55,946 nucleotides of DNA from Paraglomus brasilianum (GCA_910592345.1 CAJVPI010000092.1:1-55946); one strand, 5' to 3'; counted from the stretch's first letter, positions 38,638 to 53,218 are shown. Notes: generated from the letters alone by a model not told the origin. A program made the numbers and translations.

Positions 38638-39039
38638 TTAAGTTGGCTTATAATTATGTAGCGTTATCTCAATATATTTGGCATACATTTTCAACTCCTC
38701 TGTAGTCTAAAGAAAATTATATTTGTGTTCAATATTAATGTTCTATAACGTGGATTTGTTCGTTATAAGTATTACCATGAGTGCAAGCTCCTGTCTTTCA
38801 ATATTAATGGTCACTACGGCTGTATGTTCTACAATACTGACTGATTTTTCTACCGTGTTAAAAAGACGTTGCTCTTCTTTGAAGCCGGCTCCCTTTTCTG
38901 CCATTCTTTGTTTCTCCAATACCATAAAATGGTTGCGCCCCGTCGGGTCCAAGTCATTAGGAGCTACTCTACGCTTTCTACCGCGTGTCGATTTTGGAGA
39001 AGGTTTTACCTTTTTACTTTGGTCGGTGTTAAGAGACAT
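38638..39039 (-). CDS. Small basic orphan protein, 110 aa, 2 exons (39039-38776, 38706-38638); degenerate bHLH-like
   Basis: TATATAAAG about 40 bp upstream. NLS-like RGRKRR. HFMVLEKQRMAEKGAGF. In-frame GTAATA...TTCTTTAG intron giving ...ELALM|TTEELKMYAKYIEITLHNYKPT*. Confidence 0.5.
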
Positions 39040-39210
39040 ATTGGAGTGAAGATATATGTATGCTGCCTGGCTTGCTCTTTATATATTGATATGGCAAATG
39101 AATGTGCCATTTATTTGCGCCTTATCATTAGTTCAATTTCAAGAAAAATACAACCAATGAGTGAATAATTATTCTACGAGTAAATACCATCAGTAATCAA
39201 GAAATTGGAC

Positions 39211-39375
39211 GAACCAACTAATTTTCGTAATGTTTTGTTTATCAATTGAATCACAAAACAACTGATACCATTGATAACCATAGTAATAGTAAGCGAACCA
39301 ACTAATTTTCGTAATGTTTTGTTTATCAATTAAATCACAAGACCACAGATACCAGCGATAAGCATAGTTGTTATA
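39211..39375. repeat. ~84-bp tandem duplication upstream of the small orphan gene
   Basis: gaaccaactaattttcgtaatgttttgtttatcaatt(g/a)aatcacaa occurs at 39211 and 39295. Confidence 0.85.
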
Positions 39376-39465
39376 AGTACATGTACTCCGTTCGTACAAC
39401 AAATCTAATTAAATCAATGATCCAGTTACACAAATTAGGTTTTTTGGCGATTATAATTAATGTCG

Positions 39466-39512
39466 CGGCTGATGCTGAAATCCGGCTGATGCTGAAATCC
39501 GGCTGATGCTGA
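39466..39512. repeat. 17-bp tandem repeat (cggctgatgctgaaatc) x2.7
   Basis: Seen directly in the sequence. Confidence 0.8.
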
Positions 39513-42500
39513 TAAACTGTGCAATTCATAAAATCCAATAAATAAACCATTAGCACGTATGTCGACCTACGCATAAGAGTGTTTGTACCTTCAACAATTT
39601 ATTGTGACAGTTGTTACAATATTTCTCTTCATGTCCAAATCCTTTACTCATAGACAGAATCTAAACCAAAAACACAGTTTTGGTTTAATCTGTCACATTT
39701 ACTGCAATTAAATAAACATAATACAAGGATAACCTCGTTAAACCGAAATGCACCGACGTCTTCGGTTTATTGGTTTGACCTTGTAGTAACAAAGAATTGC
39801 TGATTTAAAAGATAAGCTTCTATTTATACGCGGTTGCCAAGTGCATGAGCTTTTTTGCAAGCGGTATTATACGTTGGACAAGTTTTGCAAATCCATTTCC
39901 TGACTTTAACTTAGCAATTGTCAACGTTGCCATAGATCAGAGATTGTTGTTATCTACCTAATACTTCTAATACTTTTGATGGCTTATCCATGTGCTTTTG
40001 TGGCCCATCCCTGACTTTTTTCGCTACTGCTGTTTACACAGCATGTTACGGATTGTTTAGATGGGCAAATCTTATTCCCGTTGAATGATGGAAACTCACG
40101 GCTGTTGCAATATCTTTGCAAGTTGCGGCCGATTATAATTGTACTTGTAATCATGTTTCAATACTCGCTAATGTGCCTCAACTATCATCATCGTCCGAGC
40201 GAGTGGAAGTGCGTGTGCGTATGAGGCTCGAGCAAAACGATTCCTAATTCTTGTAAGCATGCCGTGAGTAGTCTTTTCCGCACACTTCATGCAAACATTA
40301 TTATTGCTGGAAATCGGAATCCATTGAGGGATCAATGAAGTCACATTGTCTATTAGCCGCCTGCGCTATGTCACTCTTGAATTGACTGCTTTTTTCTCGC
40401 ATCTCTTCTAACTTTCTTACTATAGCACACACCAAATTGAGTTAGGGACTGTTAAATTTGACAAGCAGACATTGTTGTACACTCAGTTCGAGCACTTTGA
40501 ACAATAAATCCAATATATTAAGGGAACAATGCCAAAATTGTTCTCTTCAAAGCTGGCTGACTCTTCATATTTTAATGAAACAGTCACTCTTATTTTTGTT
40601 TAATGTTTCCACGGCGAGTAGTAACGGTCTCCAAGATTATATTATAAGTGGGCATTTACGAATACAAAAATCATAATCTTATAATATTATACGTTTGGTA
40701 ATCATTCAAGTCTTGACGGTTTGTTTTATTCACATTTGTTGTACTTAAAATATTATAGTTTTAACAAGTGGATATACATTTGTTGTTTTTTCTTATTTGA
40801 TAGTTCATAAACTTGTTCGGACAGCAGTACTTTTCATTATTCGGGGTTAATTCTAAGCAATGGATCTACCAAGTAGATTGTATTATAGTTAATATTATCA
40901 CAATCCCAGAGAAACATTCAGCACTCATTTGCACTAATATTTATGAGAATTGCAGAAGTTATATTGATGTCCTATTTAAGTTGCATCTAATTCATAGTAA
41001 CTTACCTAAAGGTAGGTTATATTTTTTGAAGATACGAAGGCGCATAGACACAATGTTTTCATATGCATCACTGCATCTCTGATGTTGGACATAAATGCGC
41101 TAGGCCCCTTTTAATTCACTATGCATATCGAGCGGAGTATAAAAAAAATTATGTATTTTTAAACTCCGTGAGAAAGAACACATAGCATCTCCTTGTTCAG
41201 CTGCTGATGATACTTTATTCGTAATAATAGTAAGTATTATTAACACCTAATTGATAACATTCGCAATAAAATCAATTATTATTTAAACAAACTTTTCGAT
41301 TAGGATGTTGCTGTTCTAATATTGGCTCTTTTTTTGCTGACCATTGTTTAAGAGGTTGAACTCAAGCCGGATAAGCTCAAATTACGAAAGTTCGAGCAAT
41401 GTGTAGTCTTATATTAAGCAGTCACTGGAAATATTAGACCAGACAGAAAAAAACTAATTCAATGTAAGATTTCCATAGTTCATTCAGCACAACATATGGA
41501 TGTGAGTTTATACCTTAGCAAGAGGAAGTAGAAGGAGTTGCCTTCAAGAACAAACTACGCTTTAACTGACGCAGGTGTGTAAGACAACGTAGTTCTGAGA
41601 GCATCCCGGGTCAGAAATTGCAATCGAGCGTAACATTGGAAGGAAATTGTTCATCGCTTTTAGTGGATGTCCTGATTATATTTCACCATGGAAATATGAC
41701 TACTAATAATTCCACCTTAGACACAAGTTATATCATCAATTAATTCTTGAGTCTCAACTGAATTAATATACGTATACACAATACAGTGTCGACAATATGC
41801 CCACATCATTATAGTCTTGATTATAAAGCCATATATACACTGTGCTCTATATTATCTAGTTCTATATTCCAGCCTGACATAGAATATGTCCATTGTTCAC
41901 CTATTTCGGAATGCGATATTCTCGTCGTCTGTACGTGATTGATGAGAAACCATATGACCACAATATGTCATCCCAATAAATATATTATTATCACTAGCAA
42001 CACTAGGAAAGCTGGGTGATCTCTTAAGACATGTCAAGCAACGGGCTTGAAAGAGTTGGATGTCACCCAATGATTAATTCCGATGCTAGGTGGGCGATTT
42101 AACAGCATCATCATAAACATCTGATGCTCACTTTGTTCCATATATAGTCGTACTGGCATTTGAAGATGAAATCGCTCTGTGCCATTTTACTCGTCACCAA
42201 ATCAAGTGGGGGACGACCATTTGGTATCCAATTATCCAGCGTGCATTGCCGGGGATAAAGAATCTGACGCGGAGACGACGAGAACTGATGACTCATTTTC
42301 ATCCGGTGTTTGATTAACTGGTTTCGGATATTCAAGTTTTGTGACTTGAGTTATCCGAGTTATGCTTCTAATTGGACAGCATTATAAAGATAACAGAAGC
42401 AAATCTCTCGTTATCATTGTGATTATGTGATAGCACCCTATATATCTTCTCTACTTGTTTGCTATCGACGTGTTTCAAGTCGATAAGTGGGTTAAACATT

Positions 42501-43012
42501 TTAACTCATGCCTTATGTTGACAACAAAAACATGATAATATCATCTGGTAGTATAACATATTTATAATTAGAATGCTTGGTCATCCGTGATTTTTTGCAT
42601 TGAGCCATTTATTGAAAGAAGATTAGAACTTATCTACAAAGCGTGTTTTACGAATCCAATTTCGCCAAAAAAGGCGAATTGAAAAACAAGTAGAATGTAT
42701 TTTGGGGCAAAAATAAGCCAAACGACTGTCCTTTACTCAACGTCTAGTCATCCACACACTTGACAAAGCCCAATTAACTATAATCTAATTAGAGAAGAAG
42801 AAGAAAAAAAATACTATGAATAATTTTCGCTTTCTTGCTAGCCTTTCTTTTTCTTTTTAATATTGAATTATACATAAATTTGCATTACCTCGCCCACAAG
42901 CCTTGAAAATGTCTTCTGACAAATAATCCAATTCTACATTATCTTTGTCTTATTCCACATTACTTCCTATATAAGGTCTTACTGTTTGCCTGATAACAAT
43001 TAATCTTCTCTT

Positions 43013-45288
43013 TTAATCAGCAGTCTTCCATGGAGTCAGAAATCTTAATGATGACATCCACGATAACCCCTTGTTTACTTCTCCCTCATCCTCCTCGTCT
43101 ATTCTTATCTTCAAACTACCTGATAATGATAGACCCTTTCCAATTCGTTCACTAACGCTATTCATTTTTTCCTCGGAAGCTCGAAATGACGGTGAGGAAC
43201 GGCGTCGTATTAATTTCTGCTTCTCACTCAGATTTTGTATTTGCGAAGTCGCAGTCACCCCTTTTGCTATGCGATTATTATCTCTATCCAAATGTTCTTC
43301 ATCAGGAGGTGTAACATGAATCTTGCCCACATCCGTAGCAGGCATACTCTTACGATAATTTTTTGTACCTTTTCCGTCGTTCATTGCATTATTTCTACAT
43401 CCCAAGAGATCTTGTAATTCGTACAACAACGGAATGGCGGGCGACTCTACTATTCCGCTATTAGCTCTATGCGAAAAGTAGGTCGGCTTAGCATCCTGGT
43501 TCAATAGCAGCCATCCAAGACCATCCCGTCCGGGCGTTTGAGGGGGGGTGAGACTATTTGTGTTTGACGGATGTTTAGCAATAATTAACAGCTCATCAAT
43601 AATTGCACGAACTCGAGCGTCCCGGGGCTCATGCGCCGAATCACCCGATATTGATGAAGGAGTAGATGATTCGTTGGATGACAAAGGGGTTTGTACATTC
43701 GATTCTGCAGATGTAGAGGTAGCAGAAATGTCAGGTGGGTCATGATCGAACTTTGATAATTTATTTTGTGCTGAATTGGCTAGGATTAAATTGTCAGATG
43801 AAGCAAACGTTTTCATTGAATTCCTCGATCGAGGCGTCTCATCTGAGTTGCTTTTACGTTTCGTAATATCCAGTGAACGAGATCGAGTCGGTACTGAATG
43901 TGGTAAAAGAGTAGGTGTCCGTCTACCAGAAGCTGCTTCCGAGTGTGTGTCGCCCATAGTTTTCGAGTCAACATTGTTATGCTTATCAGGAAATAAAGTG
44001 TCCGCTATATTTATGTCAAACAAAAAATTATTAGACCTGAACATTATACAGCAACGTTTAATGGAAAAGCCTTTAATCTTTCAGTTTGAACTCACTTATC
44101 TGTGCTTCAGTCAAGACTCGTGTTCCTCCACTTTTCGGTATGTGCTCAAGAGCAGCCTTCCCCGTTTGTAACATCTCATCAATAGCCAAACATATCCGTC
44201 GATACCGTATATCATTGTCTTTTTGTGTTCCCTCGAAATCCAACTATACATATTTCAATATCACGTGAAAACAGAACGAGAAGACGTGGACAAAGAAGAT
44301 GCATGTAAAGAGTCATATAAAGATTCCCGAGAGTGGGAAGAGAATTAGGTTTACAACTTTGCTACAGTCACTACTTGGCGTCGGTGCTTGCGTCAGAATT
44401 ACCTCGGACGATGGCGTGGATGCACAATCTTCTTCTGTTGTGTCGTATATTTCAAACATAAACGTATCAGACCTAAATGAGAGAGTATTTAGATTGACAG
44501 TAACGCGGAATACACAGGAAAGTGGTATATTCGAAGGCTTACATTCGAAGTTTTCGTTTTAATTCCTGAATTTCAATCACCTGTTTCTTGTTTGTCTCAT
44601 CCAACTCTGCATTAATTTTCATAAGAGACTTGATGGATATTTCTAAATCCGCGATCTACCGCACACGAACCAAACAAATAATAACTGTAAGATCCATAAT
44701 TTTAAATGCCAGCATGTCAGATTCACCGTTTCGGTCCTTCCCGTCGAATCGTCGTAAAACCTTTCGGTTCGTGTTGACATGCCTTACCTTCCTCTCCTGT
44801 TTGGCTTCCTCAGCACTTCTATCATTCGTCATCGACCGATTAGACACACTGCTCGTGGTGCTTCTTATCTTTACGTTATCTGATATACTTCCTGAAGAAG
44901 TTTTAGTACGTATGCGTACGGAAGGTTCTAATTTGTTTAATGAAGAAGATCTGACAGGATATTTTTTGCCTTGACGTACGCTTATGTTGGAATGGTTGCT
45001 ATCTTTATCTGAATCTGAATGGAAACCGTCATCAGACTTTGCCCTGTCTTTATCGGAGTAACTTGAAGGACGACTACGCGAAATTTGAGAGGGGCTTGTT
45101 GTTACGTTGGAAGCGGGAATAGGCGTAGTCGCTAGACTGTGTGAAGGAGATAATATCTGGTTACGAGTTGTATACTGTTGATCTCCATTAAGATCTAATT
45201 TTGCAGACGGAGTGATACGAGGTTTACGTTTAGTTTGAGTACGACGACCCGTTGAAGAAACATGCGAGGCACGATGCTCGTTCATCAT
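43013..45288 (-). CDS. Conserved fungal hypothetical coiled-coil protein, multi-exon
   Basis: S/R-rich N-terminus, HVNTNRK|IADLEISIKSLMKINAELDETNRKQVIEIQELKRKLR, DIRYRRICLAIDEMLQTGKAALEHIPKSGGTRVL, and a long last exon (343-aa ORF). Internal boundaries approximate. Confidence 0.7.
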
Positions 45289-46616
45289 CAGCAGTGTCAG
45301 GCGTGTTTGAAGGTGCTTTAATGAATGTTATAAAAATGTCTATTTGGGGTATTATCAGTGGGAACACTGTGTGTTGATTAAGTAGGCAAAAGTTGTTTAG
45401 ATGAGGTGAACAGTTTAGCTTGCCTAGCAGGTTTTTGGAAATGGTAAAGGAAAGAGAGCGAATGTCTTATTATAGGAAATATGCAAACAATATGTAAAAT
45501 GTGAACAGACACTGAATGCCAGCGCTGGGGAAAGGGGAATGCCTGCCAGACAAGTAGACTGCAAATTATATGGGGAAAGAGGGAGTAAGGCGTTTTATTT
45601 GAAAAGGCCTACCAACGACAAAAACAATGACTAATGAAGGTAACAAACTCGCGATATCCAATCATTGGTCGAGAAAATTGAGCTTTAGTTCCAAAGCGTG
45701 CATCGTAACACAGCTTTCAATTGATAAAATTACGGACAATATTCTCATGTATTTGCTATTTATGTATGCGTCTCTGTTCTTTCTCCCTTCACAAGAATTT
45801 AAGGCCCTGTCGACTCATCTTCATATTCGAGTCAGCTTGTGAACATCTTTAGGGCCCCAATTGATACTTATACAAATCCGATCTGTAAAGTGATGAGATG
45901 GTACAGATGATTGAATTGATTTTTCGTTGGGAGAGTTGAGTACAAAGGATGCAAGATGTCGATTTCCTTTAGATGGGGTGGGAGAAAGCTGCAAAGCGGA
46001 GGGTACGAGTTATGAAGTGCTACTATGTCTGTGGGGGAAAACTGCAAGACGGATGGGACGGGTTATTATGGTTGCCACTCGCTGTATTGATTACTATACA
46101 GTTTATTCAACTACCGTTACTATTACCATTTAGTATTTACAGTTATAATTATAATTAATATTAATACTAACTGATAGTAGTAAGCCAACGGCTTTATACA
46201 ATTTATCACGTGAAATCCCTACAAGAAAGGTAAGTGAGGGGTGATTGACATGCTGCATTTAGGCACATATTTCATGAGTACGTTGAATACGCGTTTAGAA
46301 CAATGAATCACATACCATTCTTCTCAATAATCTTTAAATGTATTACAGCATATCTTCCCTCTTCATGTATTCCCCTCTCCTAATTGTCATCATAACTTTT
46401 CTCTTTCTTCTTACTTTTTCGTATTGGTAATGATGGTGTTACACTCTAAACTATACGCGGGAATTACGATCAACATCCACGCGCCAAAATCCATTTTCTG
46501 TTATTTGTACAACAATACCACACCCCCCTCAAATACCAGTCATGTGATATTAATTAACTCGACACTTCCGTCCAGGAGAGACGATTTTTGAGACGAACTC
46601 GCACTATTTGTTAAAT

Positions 46617-48680
46617 ATGTCGAGTAAATACAGCAATCTTCCAGATATTGTAAGTTGGGAAAGAACGGTCTAATACACGGAAACTGAAATAGTAGTGATA
46701 CTGAATGGATCAATAATTGAATTTTGAATTGAACCACTTTTGTTAGGACAACACTCAACCCGATATTTATGAGACTCCCGATGCTACCGAGGAACCTGAA
46801 GTCTCGGACGATGGGGTTTGTTATTTAGTATTCTATATCTATGCTGTTTTCTAACAGGTTTCACAAGCCTCTAACATGATTTGAGCATTACAGTATATTC
46901 TGGCTGAGGAAGGAAGTGAGGACATTGTCCGAGAGAAGATATCCGTTTCTTCAGGAATAGACAAGTTTAATGATAGTGTTGTCGATGCCACTGACACCGG
47001 TACCTTTGCCTCCTTTATACTCATAATTATGACCAATAATACATCTACGTCGTTTCTGCTATTCTCATGTTGACCATATAATTACGCTACTACCACTCGC
47101 CTGTGCACCGCTACCCTGTTAGATTTCTCTGACCGAATTACTCGTCATAAGAAGCAAATGTACAAGACATATGTCAGGAAGCCCAACCCTGAAGCATCTG
47201 AATATGAATTTGTACCAAGACAACCAGCATTTCCAGAGACGCCTGCACAAAAGCTACGGAGATTAATGGTTGAAGTACAGGAATTGAATGACGAGGTTGA
47301 GAAAAACAAGGTAAATTATAATTAAACGTTAAGATTATAAACGATTATGTCGTCCTTTCTATTTCACTCAAATCGCCAAATCACCCACAACAGGAAGATC
47401 CATCATTGGCAAAAGTAGAACGCACAGATCTTGTCTCCCAAATTTCAAATCTCCAGAATGATCTGGTTAATATTAACCAGAATTTAGGAGAAACACCATT
47501 AGACATTAGAGACGGATCTATAATAAAGCAAGCGGAACTTGGCAAGAGGTTGATTCATCAATTAGAATCATTTAAAAATAATGGAGTTGCCAAGACCAAT
47601 GGAACAAACGAGAAGGAGGCAAGTACCGAGAGTGGACCCAGTGCGACTTCTGATGAAAAGGATGAATCAAAGAATGTGAGTAGATATTGGACGTTGATTT
47701 GAGTTTATCCTTTCGAATTGTAATCAATATCGGTTTGGTCTATTGTAGATTGTTACATACGAGCTATACTATTCTCCTGATACTGCCAAAGTACACAAGT
47801 TGGCAAAGACAACTGACTTGGACGAGCGTATAACTGCTTTAGAGAAACTTATAGGAACAGCACATGGACACAACATCGAAGATCTTGTAAGTTTCTTTAG
47901 TAGCGTGTTTACGCAGTGAGTTTTTTACATTAAATTTAGAATTAAATCATGTTTCTGTGCCAATTCTGACTATTCTCTTAATCACATAGTCACCGACGAT
48001 AACAAATTCCAACGTTATTGCCGCTATCGAGAAATTAGAACAGCATTTACAGCTACTAACTCAACCGCGTCATCTTGAAGCTATATCCAGGAAGGCCAAG
48101 ACTCTAACTGCCGAGTTAGAGAGAGTGAATGAGTTAAAGAATAAAGAGCTGTCGAATGGTGGTGTCATACCATTTGAGACTGGCGAAAAGGTGCCAAAAA
48201 CAAGTTTATGCAATAGCATTTAATGGTTGTCTTACTGAAATTAACCGTATCGACTATATTACATTTTAGATCAACTATCTGTTCAATCTGTTAGAGAAAT
48301 TGGACCCTTTAATGTCCGTTGCTCCGGCATTAGTCAATCGATTAAAGTCATTACAACAGCTGCATTCAGAGGCTGCAATATTCAGTGACACGATTAAGAT
48401 GTTGGCTAGCGAGCAATCAAAGATTACAGATGAATTAAAGAGTCTGAACGATGTAGCCGAGAAGGTAATTATTATTGAGACAGTAGTATTTATTGATGTT
48501 TTAGCATTACGATAACTGTGCGTTAAATTCATTCATGTCTCGTAACAATCTCTTCATACGCTATAGCTTGAGACGTCACTCTCGGTGAACGACGAGTCAA
48601 TCCAACGTAATATCGATGTCGTCGACAAGCGTGTCACTGATCTGGCTGAAAGACTTAGTAAGCTGGTAGCGAATCAGTAG
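46617..48680 (+). CDS. DCTN2: Dynactin subunit 2 (dynamitin/p50), multi-exon
   Basis: MSSKYSNLPDI|DTQPDIYETPD, ETPAQKLRRLMVEVQELNDEV, IVTYELYYSPD, LDERITALEKLIG, LVNRLKSLQQLHSEAAIF. Confidence 0.92.
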
Positions 48681-49227
48681 TAGACTCTTAGAACTTTTAA
48701 TTGCGCTAGAATTAATTAGTTCAGTCCCTATCACAAACTACTTCTAAAAGAGGAAGATGCACTTGGTGTAGCAAAGGGAAGTAGTAATTGGCATACATTT
48801 AATCAGAGAGCAATGCTCAGAATGTTGACAGCCATATATCTATGGTCGTTGCACGTTTTCACAAAATATTTATTCTTGTTTCTGTCTGTGTCTCTATTGA
48901 TGTAGAGATATAGTATTGTATCCTTCAACATAAAATTCATGACATTATTCAATGTTTCAAGCGCATAACTCATATTTATCGGTTTATGATACGCGTCATT
49001 AAGAGGATAATTATCAGCAGAATTCGGAAATACGTGATATGTGTAAATCATGTGATTGGCCGATCTCCATCTGTGTGTTGATGGACCCTTTAGCATCCAA
49101 CCAATGACAAGAAAAGAATAGGGAAATTCCAATAGATTTTTTCTATTTGATACGATGGTTTTCTCATTGACGTTGTATCATAGACCTTAGACGCTTTGAA
49201 ACGGCCCCTTCACGTAGTATTACACAA

Positions 49228-52200
49228 ATGTCTCTAAGAACAAACGAATTGGACGAGCTAAATTGCGAGACCTTTTACACAGAGAAGCGGCACAAAACTG
49301 CCGGTAACCCCAAGAGTAATGAGCCGGCAGTCCAAGATTGGAAAATGCGCGACCGGCTCAAGACAATCTCTGGGGCTCTTGTCTTATGCCTTAACATAGG
49401 CGTAGACCCACCTGACGTCGTAAAACCCAGCCCCTGCGCGAAACTCGAGTGTTGGGTGGATCCGTTCACTTTGCCGCCAACAAAAGCACTCGATGCGATC
49501 GGGAAGAATCTTCAGTCACAATACGAGCAGTTAAGCATGCGGACCAGATACAAGCAATATCTAGATCCTGCTGTAAACGAAGTACGGGATTTCTGCTTAA
49601 AGATAAGAAAGACTGCTAAAGAAGAAAGAGTATTGTTCCATTATAACGGTCATGGAGTACCTAAACCAACGACAAGTGGAGAAATTTGGGTGTTTAATAA
49701 GAACTTTACGCAATACATTCCCGTTTCTCTAGGAGATTTACAATCATGGCTAGGATCACCTTGTATATATGTATATGATTGCTCTGCGGCAGGGAATATC
49801 TTGAATAACTTTAATAAATTTGCTGAGCAGAAATATCGCGAATCACGGGGAGCCTCAGGTCCAAGTACTGTACCACCCTCACTTATGAACATCCAGCTGG
49901 CTGCCTGTGGACCCAACGAATCATTGCCACTACACCCAGAATTACCAGCCGATCTGTTCACATCATGTTTAACCTCCCCTATCGAAACCGCGTTACGATA
50001 TTTTGTACTGCAACGAGCTCTTCCTTCCCCGGTTACCGTGGAAATGGTAATGAAGCTGCCAGGAAAATTACAAGATCGTAAGACTCCTCTGGGTGAACTA
50101 AACTGGATATTCACAGCGATCACAGACACAATTGCATGGAATGTACTTCGAGGTGATCTCTTCAAGCAGCTCTTTAGGCAGGATCTTATGGTTGCCGCGT
50201 TATTCAGAAACTTTTTACTCGCCGAAAGAATAATGCGACATTACCAGTGCAATCCAATGTCTTATCCAGAACTGCCCCCTACTCACGATCATTCTATGTG
50301 GGATGCATGGGATCTGGCAGTAGATGTATGTTTGCGACAATTACCAGTGTTGGTATCAGGAGAGAGTGAGTATCAGCACTCTACCTTTTTTGATGAGCAG
50401 TTGACTGCATTTGGCGTATGGTTGGAAAGAGGCTCCATTTATCAGAAACCCCCCCAGCAATTGCCTATTGTATTGCAGGTGTTGTTGAGTCAGGTGCATA
50501 GATCACGTGCATTAGGATTATTGAGCAAATTCTTGGATCTTGGACCATGGGCTGTGAATCTCGCATTATCTATCGGCATATTTCCATATGTGCTCAAGTT
50601 GCTCCAAAGTCCAGCAGCGGATTTGAAACCTCCTTTGGTGTTTATCTGGGCACGTATATTAGCTGTTGATGGATCGTGTCAGCAGGATCTTCTGAGGGAT
50701 AATGGCTATAAATACTTCATTAACATACTTTCTCCAAGTAGTATATTAAATATACCTAACGAGGCTGAGCATCGAGCAATGTGTGCTTTTATTTTGGCAA
50801 TGTTCTGTACTAATTTCAGCCAGGGTCAGATGGCTTGCAAATCTGAAAATGTTTTGAATACTTGTTTAGCTCGATATGCAGATGAAGATCCATTGTTACG
50901 CCAATGGGTGTGTTTATGCATCGGTCAATATTGGAAGGGATATCGGGACGCCAAGAGTGAAGGAATTGAAAATCAGGCTCATCAAAAATTATTCGAGTTG
51001 CTTAGTGATCCTGTACCTGAAGTCAGAGCAGCTGCACTGTATGCGTTGGGTACATTTATTGGAAATTTAGATCACACTGAGCAGATATTAAATATTCACC
51101 AGAACATTGCTATTACTACCTTAACTGCGAATAATGATGGTTCTCCAATGGTACGCAAAGAGCTTGTAATTACACTCTCGCGTGTCGTATCGACTTATAT
51201 CGACGATTTTATTAGAGTTGCGGTTGATTTTGTGGAGAACGTGAGGAAACGCGCAAAGATGACGGGTATTGGTGGAATGCGAGGATCAAGTGCGCGTGAT
51301 AATAGATCTGGTTCAGTCGACATGATAGTATGGCAGTCACTGTTGAATCTATCAAGAGATCCGGATCCAGGGGTAGCTCAACTAGCAGCAAGTGTCGTTG
51401 ATTTTGTTCACGAGTTGGCCTTTAAACACAACGATCCAGGGCTTGTGTTAACAGTGAAGCAACTACTAGAAGCAAAGAGTGCATCTGAGAATGAAAGTCT
51501 ACGTGATTACTTGAACAAGGCAATACCCGGACTAACTGTGACTGTGGATTTACCATTAAATTCGCAATTCTTTGAGTACAGTTGTGAATACTTCAGAGAA
51601 GCTCAGATGAGAGTGCGTAAGCATTTATAGAGTAATATTCGAGGAGCGCTTAACATATACGTATTTATCCACATAACCATTAATCTCTTATTCTTCTGGT
51701 ATAGCCTGCAGAGGCAGATTTAGCAGGAAGTGTTTCCTATATGGAACGAACATGGCGTCATCAGCGAAACTTGAGAATAGTGAATGAATCTTTACCAATG
51801 AAACAAGTGGCCGGTGAGTAAATATATATGACATCCTTTTTTTTCATAGTGAGTCTTCATTATGACGTGTATTCCTTGTTTCTTTCTCATGATTTATTAG
51901 GTTCGAGTAAATGGAACAAACAAGTCGCCTTATTCAATCATGAGTCTGTGCCCATGAAATTATTATTTCATAATTACGAACCGCATTTAATTGTTGCTAA
52001 TGATAAAGACTCAATCAGGTACTTGCCTATTTGATTTATGTGAATGTATTATTGCTGTCGCACGTTACTAACGTATGTTTATCATCACAATGATGTTTTC
52101 TCCAAACAGCGTATGGGATTGGCAGAACCATATTCGAGTAAATACATTTTCCAACTGTAACCCGCGTCATAGTAGCATATCAGCGCTCAACTTTATTAAC

Positions 52201-53218
52201 GAGCATGATGTTTCAATGTTACTGGTCGGTTCAAGTGGGTATAGAGTGTGTTATGTTGTAAATACTATGAACGACACGAGTCCTTAAAAGCTGATCTTTC
52301 ATAGATGATGGTACTGTTCGAATCTGGAGGGACTACACAAGCATACAGAGAACGACCGAATTAGTCACATCATGGAGAGCAATACCAGACTTGTTTTCCA
52401 GTAATCAACGAATAGGCATAGTTGCCGAATGGCAACAACGTGATGGATGTCTACTGGTTGGTGGTGACGTTCGAGTTATACGTGTGTGGGATGCTCCTCG
52501 TGAACTTAACGTAGCTGTAAGTAGAACGCTTTGAATGAGTATGGAATATTTGATGTTTTGATTCATTAAAAGTTTATTTTATTTTTTACAGGACATTCCC
52601 ACTCGGACAGGTAGTGCAGTTACCAGTCTGACTAGTGATGGAGGACATCTTTTTGTCGCTGGCTTTGCAGACGGTGCCATAAGATTGTATGACCGTCGAG
52701 TGAGTCCAAACGATGCAATGACACTGGTTAACAAAGAGCATAAGAATTCTATAGTGAATGTTGTCTGGCAAAAAGGTTCTGTGCAAGAGCTAGTATCTGG
52801 GAGTAAATCTGGTGAGATAAAAGTATGGGATATTCGAACAAATTGGTCCAAGGTCTCGATCCCGGATAATAATCTGGCGCAAATGGCAGCAATGGACGTT
52901 CATCAACATACTAATGTCATTGCAAGGTTTGTTGTCTTGAAAAAGACTTTTGGTAATGCATTTTCATCAATGACTAACTAGCGTTTGTGTATCTACTGTA
53001 ATAGTGCCTATTCCAACCAGACAATCAAGCTGTACAATACCGGTGGTCTTCATCTGTCAACAACAAAATATAACACTGGCTTTCTTGGTTGGGGTGCTCA
53101 AGTTACATGTTTGGCGTTAGCTGGGCATCACACTTACTTTGCGGCAGGAGCTACTGATTCGTATGTTTCATTATATGGAGTGAGCGGCAGCGGGCGTAAT
53201 AGACTTGTAACGAATTAG
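49228..53218 (+). CDS. KOG1: TORC1 subunit Raptor/Kog1/Mip1 (RNC + HEAT + WD40), 7 exons
   Basis: DWKMRDRLKTISGALVLCLNIGVDPPD, RVLFHYNGHGVPKPT, YVYDCSAAG, LGELNWIFTAITDTIAW, QLPIVLQVLLSQVHR, and WD40 exons (DGTVRIWRDY, GGDVRVIRVWD). Confidence 0.97.

Noticed and set aside
39820..39905. WICKTCPTYN RanBP2-zinc-finger-like snippet on the minus strand
   Set aside because: Second CxxC is missing and there is no supporting ORF or splice sites.
41540..42500. Possible decayed gene on the minus strand
   Set aside because: Short frames with many stops and no assignable homology.
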